Assembly: GCA_016935525.1 (NCBI GenBank)
Contig: JAFGQU010000022.1
Location: 12,471-76,470, forward strand
Origin: Candidatus Omnitrophota bacterium
GTDB taxonomy: Bacteria > Omnitrophota > Gorgyraeia > Duberdicusellales > 4484-171
DNA: 64,000 nt
Direction of reading: 5' to 3'
A program made the position numbers and the translations under genes. The notes under the pieces were generated by a model. That model was not told where the DNA came from. It did no database searches and saw only the letters and a list, made by a program, of their open reading frames with translations. This document shows positions 9,146 to 19,000 of this stretch, piece after piece. Position 1 is the stretch's first letter, and each line of letters opens with the position of its first letter.

Positions 9146-9300
9146 GTCACATAGACACACGTATGCCTTCGGCACGTCACAAAGACACAAGGTCACAAAG
9201 TCACAGAGTCACATGTATTCGGTTCCACGTGTGACGTGTGTCGTGCAACGTGTGACTGCCCGCGAAGCAGACGTTCGTGTGACGTGTGACTTTGTGACCT
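9146..9300. repeat. Inverted array of short direct repeats (GTCACA x~5, then TGTGAC x~5). Intercistronic, 9307..10257 stop to eda start
   Basis: Left arm gtcacatag...gtcacaaag...ggtcacaaagtcacagagtcacatg. Right arm cacgtgtgacgtgtg...cgtgtgactg...cgtgtgacgtgtgactttgtgacc. Can fold as a long bulged hairpin. Confidence 0.85.
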
Positions 9301-9306
9301 TCCTGA

Positions 9307-10257
9307 TCAGTCGGCGTCGGTATCAACAAGACTTTCGTAAAATTCACGATAGTTTTCTTTATGCTCGCTATTCCTCAGTGCCATCGCGGCCCGGGGATGT
9401 TCGTTCATCATTCCGGCGATCGCATAAGGAATGATATAGCCCCATTCGATCTTTTCGCGTAACGGAACGAATTCTTTAGAGATCAAATCGAGTATCGGGC
9501 GGATATCGAATTTAGGGTTTTTCAGGAATCCGATCAATAATTCCAGTGGACAATTGCCTGCGGCCCGGCCGATGCCGTATATCGTCGCATCAAGATAATT
9601 CGCACCGTGCATGATCGCCTCGATGGTATTACCGAACGCCAGTTGTTGATGGTTATGCCCGTGAAACCCGACTTCCCGGGTTTTCAGTATTTCTTTGAAT
9701 TTTTTTACCAGCCACTCTACCGGTTCCTGATACAGCGCTCCGAAACTGTCGACAATATATACCGCCTGGACTTTACTCTCGCTTTCGATCTGCTGTAACG
9801 CTTCATCGAGTTCCGGCCCCTGGTCACGTGAAATAGCCATGACGTTAATGGTCGTTTCATACCCTTTCTCGGCAAAATGATTTACCATAAAGATCGCCTT
9901 ATCGATATCTTTTACGTAAGAAGCGACCCGGATCATATCTACCGGGCTCTCGCTTGCAGGTTTGACATCATCGATCTCTACCCGGCCCACATCGACCATT
10001 ACCGATAGTTTCGTATGCGATTCGATCCCTTTGGTTATCTTGAGAATATCCTCGTCATCACAGAACTTCCACGGTCCGTATTCTTTCGCAGAGAACAATT
10101 CCCGCGAATTCTTATAGCCGATTTCCATATAGTCTACACCGGATTCGGAGATTGCTTTATAGACCGCGCGTACCAGTGTAGGGTCAAAATCATGGTTATT
10201 GATCAATCCGCCGTCACGGATCGTGCAATCAAGCACTTTAATTTCGGGACGATACAT
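9307..10257 (-). CDS. HMGL-like (pyruvate carboxyltransferase / DRE-TIM) aldolase-family protein
   Basis: KVLDCTIRDGG N-terminal motif and TIM-barrel-like remainder. Likely start MYRPEIKV at ~10257, preceded by AAAGGAG. The ORF-track upstream extension is probably not translated. Confidence 0.65.
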   Translation of the reverse strand: MYRPEIKVLDCTIRDGGLINNHDFDPTLVRAVYKAISESGVDYMEIGYKNSRELFSAKEYGPWKFCDDEDILKITKGIESHTKLSVMVDVGRVEIDDVKPASESPVDMIRVASYVKDIDKAIFMVNHFAEKGYETTINVMAISRDQGPELDEALQQIESESKVQAVYIVDSFGALYQEPVEWLVKKFKEILKTREVGFHGHNHQQLAFGNTIEAIMHGANYLDATIYGIGRAAGNCPLELLIGFLKNPKFDIRPILDLISKEFVPLREKIEWGYIIPYAIAGMMNEHPRAAMALRNSEHKENYREFYESLVDTDAD

Positions 10258-10265
10258 AGTATACT

Positions 10266-10345
10266 CCTTTTTAGTTTGTGTGTTCGCCCGTGCTTGGTTT
10301 CCCGCCACAGGCGGGATTCCCGTTCCCAAACACGGGGTAACGGGT
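10266..10345 (-). promoter_or_regulatory. GC-rich structured 5' leader (three-way junction) upstream of the HMGL-like gene
   Basis: Outer helix GCCCGTG/CACGGGC encloses two hairpins: CCCGCC-aca-GGCGGG, and CCCGTTCCC-aaacac-GGGGTAACGGG. About 80 nt between a sigma70-like promoter and the RBS. Confidence 0.35.
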
Positions 10346-10369
10346 ACACGGGCTCACTTAATTCATAAT

Positions 10370-10406
10370 CATAAAATTATACCTGTAAAATATGAAATTC
10401 CAAGCA
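10370..10406 (-). promoter_or_regulatory. Sigma70-like promoter (TTGGAA-16-TATAAT) for the HMGL-like / eda operon
   Basis: Minus strand reads cTTGGAAtttcatattttacaggTATAATttt, ~115 nt upstream of the ATG. Confidence 0.35.
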
Positions 10407-10424
10407 CTAATGCAGTCGATGGTC

Positions 10425-10520
10425 CATGGCCGATAGTTAATAGTCAATAGTCAATAGTCGAGAGTCGATAGCCTATGGACTACGGACTATGGACTATGGA
10501 CCACAGACTATGGTCTATGG
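10425..10520. repeat. Inverted array of direct repeats (AGTCAATA-type x~5, then TATGGACT x~6)
   Basis: tagttaatagtcaatagtcaatagtcgagagtcgatagcc, then tatggactacggactatggactatggaccacagactatggtctatggact. Reverse complement of the right unit (AGTCCATA) is one mismatch from the left unit. Confidence 0.75.
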
Positions 10521-10775
10521 ACTGAATCAAAAAGCTGAAGGAGAAAAAGGGCAAAAAGCGAAAAAGTTATCAATATCTGGCAGCCAAGGACCATTATATA
10601 AGGCAGAAAGTCTTTTTTTCGTTTATAACGTTTATAACGTACGCCTCCCCGTACCTGAGCGCTTCCAGTACGGATGGTATCGCAGACGGCTTTAGCCATA
10701 TAAAGGGCGCAAAGCAGAAGTAGCAAAAGGATTCCGAGTGTATCCATGAGGTATAGGATTTAAGGCTTTTCAGTT

Positions 10776-11138
10776 TCAGACCGAATAAAAAAGCAGTATC
10801 CCGATTGCGATCATTCCCAGAGCGAGCATACGTGAAGAAAACGGCTTATTGGGGATGATTCTCTCCGAGAAGCTTAAAATGGGTTTTCGGGCAAAGATTA
10901 TGGCTGTCCCTTTTAAGAGGCTGATAATACCGAATATAACCATTACTATCGGCAAAGCCGCGTTTTGAATGTTGAGGATAAAGATTATTCCGAAAAGAAG
11001 GGCCCCAAGCGCGCCAAAATAGAATTTTGTGCCTTGTTTCCAGAATTCCAGAATAGACCGGATAAGTTGAGGTTTTACGAGAAATAAACTGCCTTCAATC
11101 ACTAAGCTGATTGCCAAAAGCTGAATCATTATTGTCAT
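10776..11138 (-). CDS. Small integral membrane protein (about 4 TM segments), function unknown
   Basis: Strong RBS AAGGAGG 7 nt upstream. Highly hydrophobic 120-aa product. Confidence 0.55.
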   Translation of the reverse strand: MTIMIQLLAISLVIEGSLFLVKPQLIRSILEFWKQGTKFYFGALGALLFGIIFILNIQNAALPIVMVIFGIISLLKGTAIIFARKPILSFSERIIPNKPFSSRMLALGMIAIGILLFYSV

Positions 11139-11474
11139 ACCGATCCTCCTTTTTTAAGGTGAGAGACTGCATCCTGACTTTTGTTTTCTCATCGATTATT
11201 CCTGGGATATCGGTACCTTCTCATGTACTAGTATAGCAAATATTTTCTATTTTTATAAATAAATATTACCCAGCGAAGATTTTTGTCCGGAATTATTTTT
11301 ATAAATTATTGTAAATGAATAAGTTACGTACACAACTATTTGTGCATTATTAGCCAGATTCAGGGGTTTGTTTATATAAGTACTTGTAGCACAATGTCTT
11401 ACGTTTAAAATATACTTGTAATCTCTCCCAGGATTGTAGTATATTTAAAGTGGAAGGGAAAAGGGGGGATAGTT

Positions 11475-11825
11475 ATGTTGAAAATGTTAAACATTATCAC
11501 ACCGACGTATGGGCACCAGGCCAATATCACCCAGAGTTTACGCGGGGCTGATAAGTTACACGATGTATACCCTCGGATCCGGGTGAATTCTCCGCCTAAG
11601 GTGACTCATACCGCAGGGCGTACAATTAAAGAAGAATTTGAGGTGAAAGACGCTGATGTGCTGAAAGGGTATGATCCCGGTCAATATTCCGGTTATCAGG
11701 GGATCAATCTCGATTCCGGGATCAACCTGAAACCGGCAATAAACCCTGTAGGTACTAATTTTATGCCTATATACGGGTTTACCGGGCCGGGAAGTATCGG
11801 AGGCTGGCTTAATATATACGCTTAA
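11475..11825 (+). CDS. Hypothetical protein (116 aa), only confident + strand gene in the window
   Basis: RBS GGAAGGGAAAAGGGGGG before the ATG. Gly-rich C-terminus GFTGPGSIGGWLNIYA. Preceded by ~330 bp of AT-rich DNA. Confidence 0.5.
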   Translation: MLKMLNIITPTYGHQANITQSLRGADKLHDVYPRIRVNSPPKVTHTAGRTIKEEFEVKDADVLKGYDPGQYSGYQGINLDSGINLKPAINPVGTNFMPIYGFTGPGSIGGWLNIYA

Positions 11826-12011
11826 CTAAGGATCTCCTTGAGCCATATTTCCGAAAGAGGCCTGAAAGCCATTTTTATATCTCAATTCCTCTTTTTGTGA
11901 ATAATCTCCGCTTGAGTTATCCACAGCGGTTGGATCCGGAGACTCCCGGGCATACCTCTCTTATCTAAATCCCCTATTTTTAAAGTGTACATAAGCCGGT
12001 TTTTTGGGTAA

Positions 12012-12794
12012 TCAGGGGTGGTAACGTGTACAGGTCTCTTCATTGTGAATAACTTCCATTTCAGTGAGATATTTCCAATACCGTTTCGGCATGAACTGCC
12101 GCTGTAATCGTACATTTTTACGGTCTTTTATCGCAATATTCTTAAAGTATTCCTGCCATATTTTTTGATGTTCGGCTTCTTTGAAAGATAATTCAGGAAC
12201 CCTATAGTTTTTTACGTCAAAAATACGGGGATATGTAAGGTTGTGAATCGCTATCTTTTTTCTCTTAATATCATGGATAAACCATTGTTTCTGGGGCAAC
12301 CTTTGAGAAAAATGCCTTATAATAAGGGGTAATACATAATGGTCGGTCTCAATCGGAGCATACAGCCAGCCATCCTGAAGTTCCCGGAACCGTACCAATC
12401 CTCTCATCCGATGGGCTTCTACGCTTACTTTACGGGCATGATCATGGATAAACTTTACCCTCTCATCGGAAAGGAAATAATCAAGCTTTTTTTGAGTCTC
12501 AAATCCCAGCCGGACATATCGATAAATCGCCATTTCTTTATGCTGAACGGAAGACAAAAATACCCGGAATATATGGTCCAATGACCGGCGAACGAGGACC
12601 TTTTCGAGGGTATTCAAAAAATCGGCAGTTTCTGCTGGATCGGTCGTAATGGTGATGATTTTATCAAACAGGCCGGGTCGATAGGATCCTTTCGGACAGA
12701 TATTTCCCGGTTTTTCTCGTTTTTTTTCGATGACCGAAAGAGCCGTCAAGAGGCCCGTATACGTCCCGTCATAAAGATAGATCTTTCTTTCCAT
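12012..12794 (-). CDS. DUF4130-domain protein, partner of the radical-SAM DNA modification/repair protein (TIGR03915-like)
   Basis: About 260 aa, immediately downstream of and abutting the radical-SAM gene (stop/start adjacent). Composition and gene pairing fit the TIGR03915/TIGR03916 pair. Confidence 0.65.
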   Translation of the reverse strand: MERKIYLYDGTYTGLLTALSVIEKKREKPGNICPKGSYRPGLFDKIITITTDPAETADFLNTLEKVLVRRSLDHIFRVFLSSVQHKEMAIYRYVRLGFETQKKLDYFLSDERVKFIHDHARKVSVEAHRMRGLVRFRELQDGWLYAPIETDHYVLPLIIRHFSQRLPQKQWFIHDIKRKKIAIHNLTYPRIFDVKNYRVPELSFKEAEHQKIWQEYFKNIAIKDRKNVRLQRQFMPKRYWKYLTEMEVIHNEETCTRYHP

Positions 12795-14081
12795 TCAAAA
12801 TTCTCCGTGGAGCACCGAAGCGATTTCTTCCTTTTTTCCCTGTATAAAAAAATTAAGTTGTGGTGAAGAATTTTGCAGGGCGGGTCTTTTTTCAGGGGCC
12901 AGTCGTTCCCGGATATCTTCGGGAGTGAAAGGGATATCGCCATGATATTTCCCTTTTACCGTAATGAAATATTGAGCCCGTTTGAGCGATATTCTCATCT
13001 TTTTCAGGTCTTCGATCCGTAAAGATTTTACTTGCCGGGTGAGGACTATTTTATATGCCCCCTGTACCCCTATCCCCGGGACGCGTATCAGCGTCTCATA
13101 ATCAGCACGATTTATCTCTACGGGAAATTTTTCCGGATGACGTAATGCCCAACTCGCCTTGGGATCGACTTCCAGATCAAGGTGCGGAGTGTTTTTCGTA
13201 AAGAGTTCCCGTCCGTCGAACCCGTAAAACCGGATCAGCCAATCAGCCTGATAGAGGCGGTGTTCACGTAACAACGGGATAGCGGTGGTGAGTGCCGGGA
13301 GATTTTTCGTGGTGTTTACCGGTACATACGCCGAATAGTAGACCCTTTTCAAATGGATTGATTGATAGAGCCATTGACTTAACCCCATGATCTCCAGGTC
13401 CGTTTCCGGAGTAGCTCCGATGATCAATTGAGTGCTTTGGCCGGCCGGAGCATATGCCGGTACTTTTTTATGCTTTTTCCGTAACGCGATCATCGAACGT
13501 ATCGAAGTGTCGAGCCTTTTCATCGGGCCGATGATCTCGGGCATTTTTTTATCCGGGGCAAGAAGAGCGAGACTTTTTTGGGTAGGTAATTCGATGTTTA
13601 CGCTTACCCGGTCGGCGTACCGCCCGGCGATCTCCAAGAGACGCGGTGAGGTCCCGGGGATGATTTTAAGGTGGATATATCCGCCGAACTGACGGCGTCC
13701 GCGCAACTGGCGCACTATCTCGATCATCCGTTCCATCGTATAGTCGGGAGTTTTAATGACCGCCGAACTCAAAAATAATCCTTCAATATAGTTTTTTTCA
13801 TAAAAATCTACGGTAAGATCGATGAGTTCACGAGGTTCGAACGTTGCCCGCGGGATATCGTTACTACGCCGGTTTACGCAATAGGCGCAATCATAGATGC
13901 ATACGTTGGTCATCAGTATTTTTAATAATGAAATGCATCGTCCATCGGACGACCAGCTATGACAGATCCCGCCCAGGACAGTCATTCCCAGTTTATTTTT
14001 TCGTTTTGCGCCGCTGGAGGAGCAGCTGACGTCATATTTCGCGCTTTCGGCCAGAATTTTAAATTTTTCTAACGTATTCAT
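12795..14081 (-). CDS. Putative DNA modification/repair radical SAM protein (TIGR03916-like)
   Basis: MNTLEKFKILAESAKYDVSCSSSG N-terminus. CIYDCAYCVNRR radical-SAM CxxxCxxC motif. C-terminal HhH-like LIRVPGIGVQGAYKIV. The ORF-track N-terminal extension (to 14222) reads through the tandem repeats. Start set at the internal Met (~14081). Confidence 0.75.
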   Translation of the reverse strand: MNTLEKFKILAESAKYDVSCSSSGAKRKNKLGMTVLGGICHSWSSDGRCISLLKILMTNVCIYDCAYCVNRRSNDIPRATFEPRELIDLTVDFYEKNYIEGLFLSSAVIKTPDYTMERMIEIVRQLRGRRQFGGYIHLKIIPGTSPRLLEIAGRYADRVSVNIELPTQKSLALLAPDKKMPEIIGPMKRLDTSIRSMIALRKKHKKVPAYAPAGQSTQLIIGATPETDLEIMGLSQWLYQSIHLKRVYYSAYVPVNTTKNLPALTTAIPLLREHRLYQADWLIRFYGFDGRELFTKNTPHLDLEVDPKASWALRHPEKFPVEINRADYETLIRVPGIGVQGAYKIVLTRQVKSLRIEDLKKMRISLKRAQYFITVKGKYHGDIPFTPEDIRERLAPEKRPALQNSSPQLNFFIQGKKEEIASVLHGEF

Positions 14082-14138
14082 GATATATAAAATACAAAAA
14101 CCTTCGCCGTTTTTAGCGAAGGTTTTACTTGACCCAAA

Positions 14139-14305
14139 TTGCGAAACAATTTGCCCGTAGGGCCGATCCCAAAACTGAAAGTTTTGGAACAGATCGGGGT
14201 CACCCTCTTGAGGGTATTCCATGATCTGCGAAGCAATTTGCCCGTAGGGCCGATCCCAAAACTGAAAGTTTTGGAACAGATCGGGGTCACCCTCTTTTGA
14301 GGGTT
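14139..14305. repeat. Near-identical tandem direct repeat (2 x ~87 bp), each with a bulged hairpin. In the 5' leader of the radical-SAM gene
   Basis: Unit TGCGAA(A/G)CAATTTGCCCGTAGGGCCGATCCCAAAACTGAAAGTTTTGGAACAGATCGGGGTCACCCTCTT(T)GAGGGT occurs twice. Inner stem CCGATC..CCAAAACT-gaa-AGTTTTGG..GATCGG. A further hairpin CCTTCGC-cgttttta-GCGAAGG plus T-run lies at 14100-14127, ~15 nt before the ATG. Confidence 0.85.
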
Positions 14306-14417
14306 TTCTGTCCAGGATTTAATCCTTCAAACACAGGACATTTATCTAATTATATATTTAGCTTATCGCGAGATCGGAAGATTGTCAATATGGATTTGTA
14401 GTGTACATTCCCATCAC

Positions 14418-14500
14418 AAGACTAATAAAATTCCAAATTACAACTTCCAATATCCAAATGGGTCTTGTTTGTAATTTGTAAATTGGTATTTGGAATTTGG
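14418..14500. repeat. Inverted array of direct repeats (CCAAAT x3, then ATTTGG x3), immediately after gltD stop
   Basis: ttccaaattacaacttccaatatccaaatg...tttgtaatttgtaaattggtatttggaatttggag. Folds as a long hairpin followed by TTTATT on the minus strand. Possible terminator role. Confidence 0.75.
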
Positions 14501-14503
14501 AGA

Positions 14504-15952
14504 TTAGAATGTCGGCAACTCGGAATTTCCCATAAGATAGCGGTCGATATGATGTGCTGCCCGGCGGCCTTCAGAGATTGCCCAGACGATCAGGGATTGG
14601 CCGCGATGGGCATCGCCGCAGGCAAATATGCCTTTTTGCGAGGTCATAAACCTTTGGTCGGTCTGAGCGTTATTCCGGTTATCTTTTTTGATCCCGAGGT
14701 CGTCCAGTAATCCCTGTTGGGGATGTAAGAACCCTACCGCTAAAATGACCAGATCGGCATCAATATCGAATCCGCTGCCCGGTATTTCCTGCATGAGCGG
14801 ACAGGATTCGGGACTGTTCGGGTCTTTTTTAAATTCGACTTCCACACATTTGATTTTTTTGATCTCACCATTTTTTCCTACAAACTCTTTGGTGAGTACC
14901 GACCAATGACGGTTTCCTCCTTCTTCATGACTGGAAGAAGTTTTTAAAAGCATCGGATAGGCCGGCCAGGGATCGTTTTCTCTACGGCACTGAGGCGGTT
15001 GCGGAAGAAGTTCGATTTGAACCACGCAAGAAGCATCCTGACGATGGGCTGTACCCACGCAATCCGAACCGGTATCTCCTCCTCCGATCACTACTACCCG
15101 TTTACCCTGGGCGGTGATCATTTTTTCAGGAACAGTTATCCCGGCAATCCGGCGGTTATTCTGTATAAGATAATCCATCGCAAAATAGATACCGTTAAGG
15201 TCCCGGCCGGGAAGAGTGAGGTCCCGGGGAACCCGGGAACCGGTCGCGATACAGATCGCGTCAAATCTATTCCGTAACGTTTCGGGTTCGAGGTCTTTAC
15301 CGATTTCGATATTTGTCTCAAATCGGACTCCTTCTTGTTCCCATATCCGCAGCCGGCGGTCGATCACCTGTTTTTCCAGTTTAAAATCAGGGATCCCGTA
15401 GCGCAAGATGCCTCCGCATTTTTCATCTTTTTCATACACGGTTACCGTATGGCCGGCTTGATTTAGTTGTGCCGCACAACTCAATCCCGCCGGTCCCGAT
15501 CCGATTATCGCCACCTTTTTCCCGGTACGCGATTGCGGCGGGCGAGGCCGGATCAGGCCATGGGTAAACCCGTATTCAATGATCGAGAGTTCATTTTCCC
15601 GGATAGTGACCGGATCATCATTGATCCCTAATACGCAGGCATATTCACAAGGCGCCGGGCATACCCGTCCGGTAATTTCCGGAAGATTATTGGTTGTGCC
15701 TAACAGTTGTAACGCTTTTTCCCAACGCCCTGAGATCATCGCGTCGTTCCATTCCGGAATATAATTTCCGACAGGACAGGCCCAATGACAAAAAGGAGTA
15801 CCGCAATCCATACAGCGTGATGCCTGTTCGGCCGATTTCTCATCACTACGTAACAAAGACACTTCTTTATAATCTTTTATCCGTTCGCAGACCGGCCGAT
15901 ACGGTGTTTTTTCTCTTTTTGTCTTTAAAAACGCTTTTACGTCCTTCGCCAT
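14504..15952 (-). CDS. gltD: Glutamate synthase (NADPH) small subunit
   Basis: Two Cys clusters ([23 protein letters not shown]). GSGPAGL FAD/NAD folds. 482 aa. Directly downstream of gltB. Confidence 0.9.
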   Translation of the reverse strand: MAKDVKAFLKTKREKTPYRPVCERIKDYKEVSLLRSDEKSAEQASRCMDCGTPFCHWACPVGNYIPEWNDAMISGRWEKALQLLGTTNNLPEITGRVCPAPCEYACVLGINDDPVTIRENELSIIEYGFTHGLIRPRPPQSRTGKKVAIIGSGPAGLSCAAQLNQAGHTVTVYEKDEKCGGILRYGIPDFKLEKQVIDRRLRIWEQEGVRFETNIEIGKDLEPETLRNRFDAICIATGSRVPRDLTLPGRDLNGIYFAMDYLIQNNRRIAGITVPEKMITAQGKRVVVIGGGDTGSDCVGTAHRQDASCVVQIELLPQPPQCRRENDPWPAYPMLLKTSSSHEEGGNRHWSVLTKEFVGKNGEIKKIKCVEVEFKKDPNSPESCPLMQEIPGSGFDIDADLVILAVGFLHPQQGLLDDLGIKKDNRNNAQTDQRFMTSQKGIFACGDAHRGQSLIVWAISEGRRAAHHIDRYLMGNSELPTF

Positions 15953-16061
15953 TGCTCACTCCGTTCGCTACACAGATGATCGCTGATTTTATACTGATGA
16001 GCGCAGATATTTGCATCTGTGATTATATGCTTCTCCAGTTTCTGTAGCAATCTGCGTATAA

Positions 16062-19000
16062 TCAATCCGATACTTCGGTCAATCCTAATTTCTTGTCGAC
16101 ACCTTGCATTTCCAGGATCTTTTTATATTCTAACGGCATTATCTTTACGAATTTTTCCACACAATCGTTAAAATTATCCAATACTTTTTTGGCGACGGTA
16201 CTTTGAGTATATTTATAATGATTACTCACTAAAGAATGAATAAGTTGAGTATCATCCTCATGTAGGGTCTCAAATTTTACCATGCTCAGGTTACATTTTG
16301 CCCGGAAATCCTCTTCGGTATCCCATACATAAGCGATTCCTCCGCTCATTCCCGCGGCAAAGTTTCGCCCGGTACGTCCTAAGACCACTACCCGTCCCCC
16401 GGTCATATATTCACAGCCATGGTCGCCGACTCCTTCGACTACGGCATAGAGACCGGAATTACGAATACAAAACCGTTCGCCGGCAATCCCGCGGATATAG
16501 GCTTCGCCCGATATCGCTCCGTAAAAAGAAGTGTTTCCGATAATAATATTCTCCTGGGGAATATATTCGGCGTTACGGTCGGGATAGATGATGATTTTCC
16601 CGCCGGAGGTACCTTTGCCGACATAATCATTAGCCATGCCTTCTAATTCGAACGTGATCCCTTTCGCAAGCCAGGCTGCGAAACTCTGGCCGGCAATACC
16701 CCGGAATTTGATCTGGATCGTATCTTCCAGAAGCCCTTCTTCTCCGTAAAATCTACATACCTCACCGCTTAACATCGCTCCGGTAGTACGGTCGGTATTT
16801 TTAATCGATACTTCAAATTTTACCGGTTCGGAATTATTATTTAAAGTATACCGGCATAGATCGATAAGCTTTCGGTCAAGCACGCTGTCTATTCGGTGAT
16901 CCTGAGTACGTTGACAATAAGTGCCTACATCCGGCGGTACCTGCGGTTTATAGAGTATCCGCGAGAAATCGATCCGGGTCGCTTTCCAGGGCAGGATATT
17001 GGTATCGACTTCTAAAAGGTCGGTACGGCCGATAAGCTCATCGATCGTCCGTATTCCCAGAGAAGCCATGATCTCACGCAGTTCTTCAACAACAAAGTTA
17101 AAATAATTGACGATATGTTCCGGACGGCCCTGAAATTTTTTCTGCAAAAGATCATCCTGGGTCGCTATTCCTACCGAACAATTATTTAGATGACAATGCC
17201 GTAACATGACGCATCCCATTATAATCAATGTTGCGGTACAGAATCCGAATTCTTCGGCTCCCAGAATGGCAGCGATTGCGACATCTCTTCCGGTACGTAA
17301 TTGCCCGTCGGTCTGCAGGCGTACCCGTGACCGCAGGTCGTTTAAGACTAAGGTTTGATGCGTTTCCGATACCCCCAGTTCCCAGGGTAACCCGGCATGG
17401 CGGATAGAACTGACCGGAGACGCTCCGGTCCCGCCGTCTCCGCCGGAAATAAGGATCATATCGGAATGTCCTTTCGCTACGCCGGCGGCAATAGTGCCTA
17501 CTCCGATTTCCGAGACCAGTTTTACGCTGATCCGCGCGTGCGGATTGGTGTTTTTCAGATCAAAAATAAGTTGAGCCAGGTCTTCGATCGAGTAAATATC
17601 ATGATGCGGCGGCGGTGAGATTAAAGTGACCCCTGGTGTCGTGTATCTGGTTTTCGCGATGGTAGGCGATACTTTATGACCGGGCAGTTGTCCTCCTTCG
17701 CCCGGTTTCGCTCCTTGAGCGATCTTTATCTGCAATTCGTCGGCATTCGTAAGATAGTTTGTGGTTACTCCAAACCGGCCGGACGCGACCTGTTTTATCG
17801 CGCTGCGCCGAGAATCTCCGTTAGGATGAGGGATAAACCGTGCGGGGTCTTCGCCTCCTTCACCGGTATTTGATTTTCCACCGAGCTTATTCATGGCGAT
17901 TGCCAGGGTTTCATGGGCGCCCCGGGAAATAGAACCGAAACTCATCGCTCCGGTAGCGAACCGTTTAAAAATATCTTCTTTCGGTTCGACCTCATCGATA
18001 GGGATAGTCTCAGACCTCTTGAATTTCAGCAGACTGCGTAATGTCGTCGGCTGTGCCGATTGATCGTTGATCAGGCGGGCAAATTCCCGATATTTCTGAG
18101 GATCGTTTTTACGGGTAGCGTCCTGCAGGGCGGCGATACTGTGCGGGTTCCAGAGATGGAACTCTCCGTCCCGTTTCCACTGGTAAAGCCCTCCGGTATC
18201 CAAAAGTGCGTTATACCCTGAACGTTGTGGGTAAGCATTGTGGTGTCGAAGAATCGTCTCGCGCGCGATGATCTCGAAATCCACTCCGCCGATACGGGAT
18301 ACCGTACCGGTAAAACTCCTTTCGATCACTTCATCGGCAACGCCTAAGGCTTCGAATATCTGAGCCCCGCGATAACTCTGTAACGTAGATATACCCATTT
18401 TGGAAAGGACCTTTTTGATACCTTTATCTATCGCTTGTATATAATTTTTTTTGGCCGTCGGGATATCCAGTTCCAGCTCCCCTTCTCTCTCGAGATATTC
18501 GATCGATTCAAGAGCAAGATAGGGGTTTATTGCGCCGCACCCGTAACCGAAAAGTAACGCAAAATGGTGGACTTCCCGCGGTTCGGCGCTTTCTAAGATC
18601 AACGCGATCTGAGAACGGGAGGTTTTCCGTACCAGATGGTGGTGTACGGTCCCGATAGCCAGTAGTGCCGGTATGGCCGCGTGATCCTGGTTGAATCCGC
18701 GGTCACTTAACACGATAAACGTATATCCTTCTTTAATCGCCGCCTCGGATTCCCGGCAGATCGCGTCAAGACGTTTCATGAAATTATCGGAAGAATCGGC
18801 TTTAAACAGCAACGAAACCGTTTTGGTCTTAAATCCTTTCTCTTTAATATTTTTTATGAGAACAAGGTCTTCATCGGTAAGGATCGGGTGCGGCAGGTGG
18901 ACTCGCCGGGCATGAGCTTCGGTCTCATCGAGAAGATTGCGCCGTGAGCCCATAAAACATTCCAGGCTCATCACGATCTCTTCGCGGATCGGATCGATTG

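Noticed and set aside
8501-9196. N-terminal 20-aa extension of the eda ORF (MTLCLCDVPKAYVCLCDFNL)
   Set aside because: Extension is encoded by the GTCACA repeat array. Conserved Eda N-terminus begins at the internal Met (MDIAEFKKLPILGILRG).
9146-9300. CRISPR array interpretation of the short-repeat clusters (this and the other listed repeat loci)
   Set aside because: Units are 6-11 bp with no unique spacers of 25-40 bp. Arms are reverse complements of each other. No cas genes in the window.
9146-9300. CRP/FNR-type operators (TGTGA-N6-TCACA) in the GTCACA/TGTGAC arrays
   Set aside because: Half-sites are present but spacing between opposed half-sites is ~17 nt or they occur as same-orientation tandems. 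No canonical 6-bp-spaced palindrome.
10508-10747. 79-aa ORF (MDTLGILLLLLLCALYMAKAV...)
   Set aside because: No RBS. 3' end overlaps the repeat array at 10425-10520. Composition could be chance in AT-rich DNA. Kept as unresolved rather than called.
11882-12115. 77-aa ORF overlapping the 3' end of the DUF4130 gene
   Set aside because: Overlaps a well-supported gene by ~100 nt in another frame. No motifs or RBS.
14078-14290. 70-aa ORF with internal repeat (TPICSKTFSFGIGPTGKL x2)
   Set aside because: Direct translation artefact of the tandem 87-bp DNA repeat, in the leader of the radical-SAM gene.
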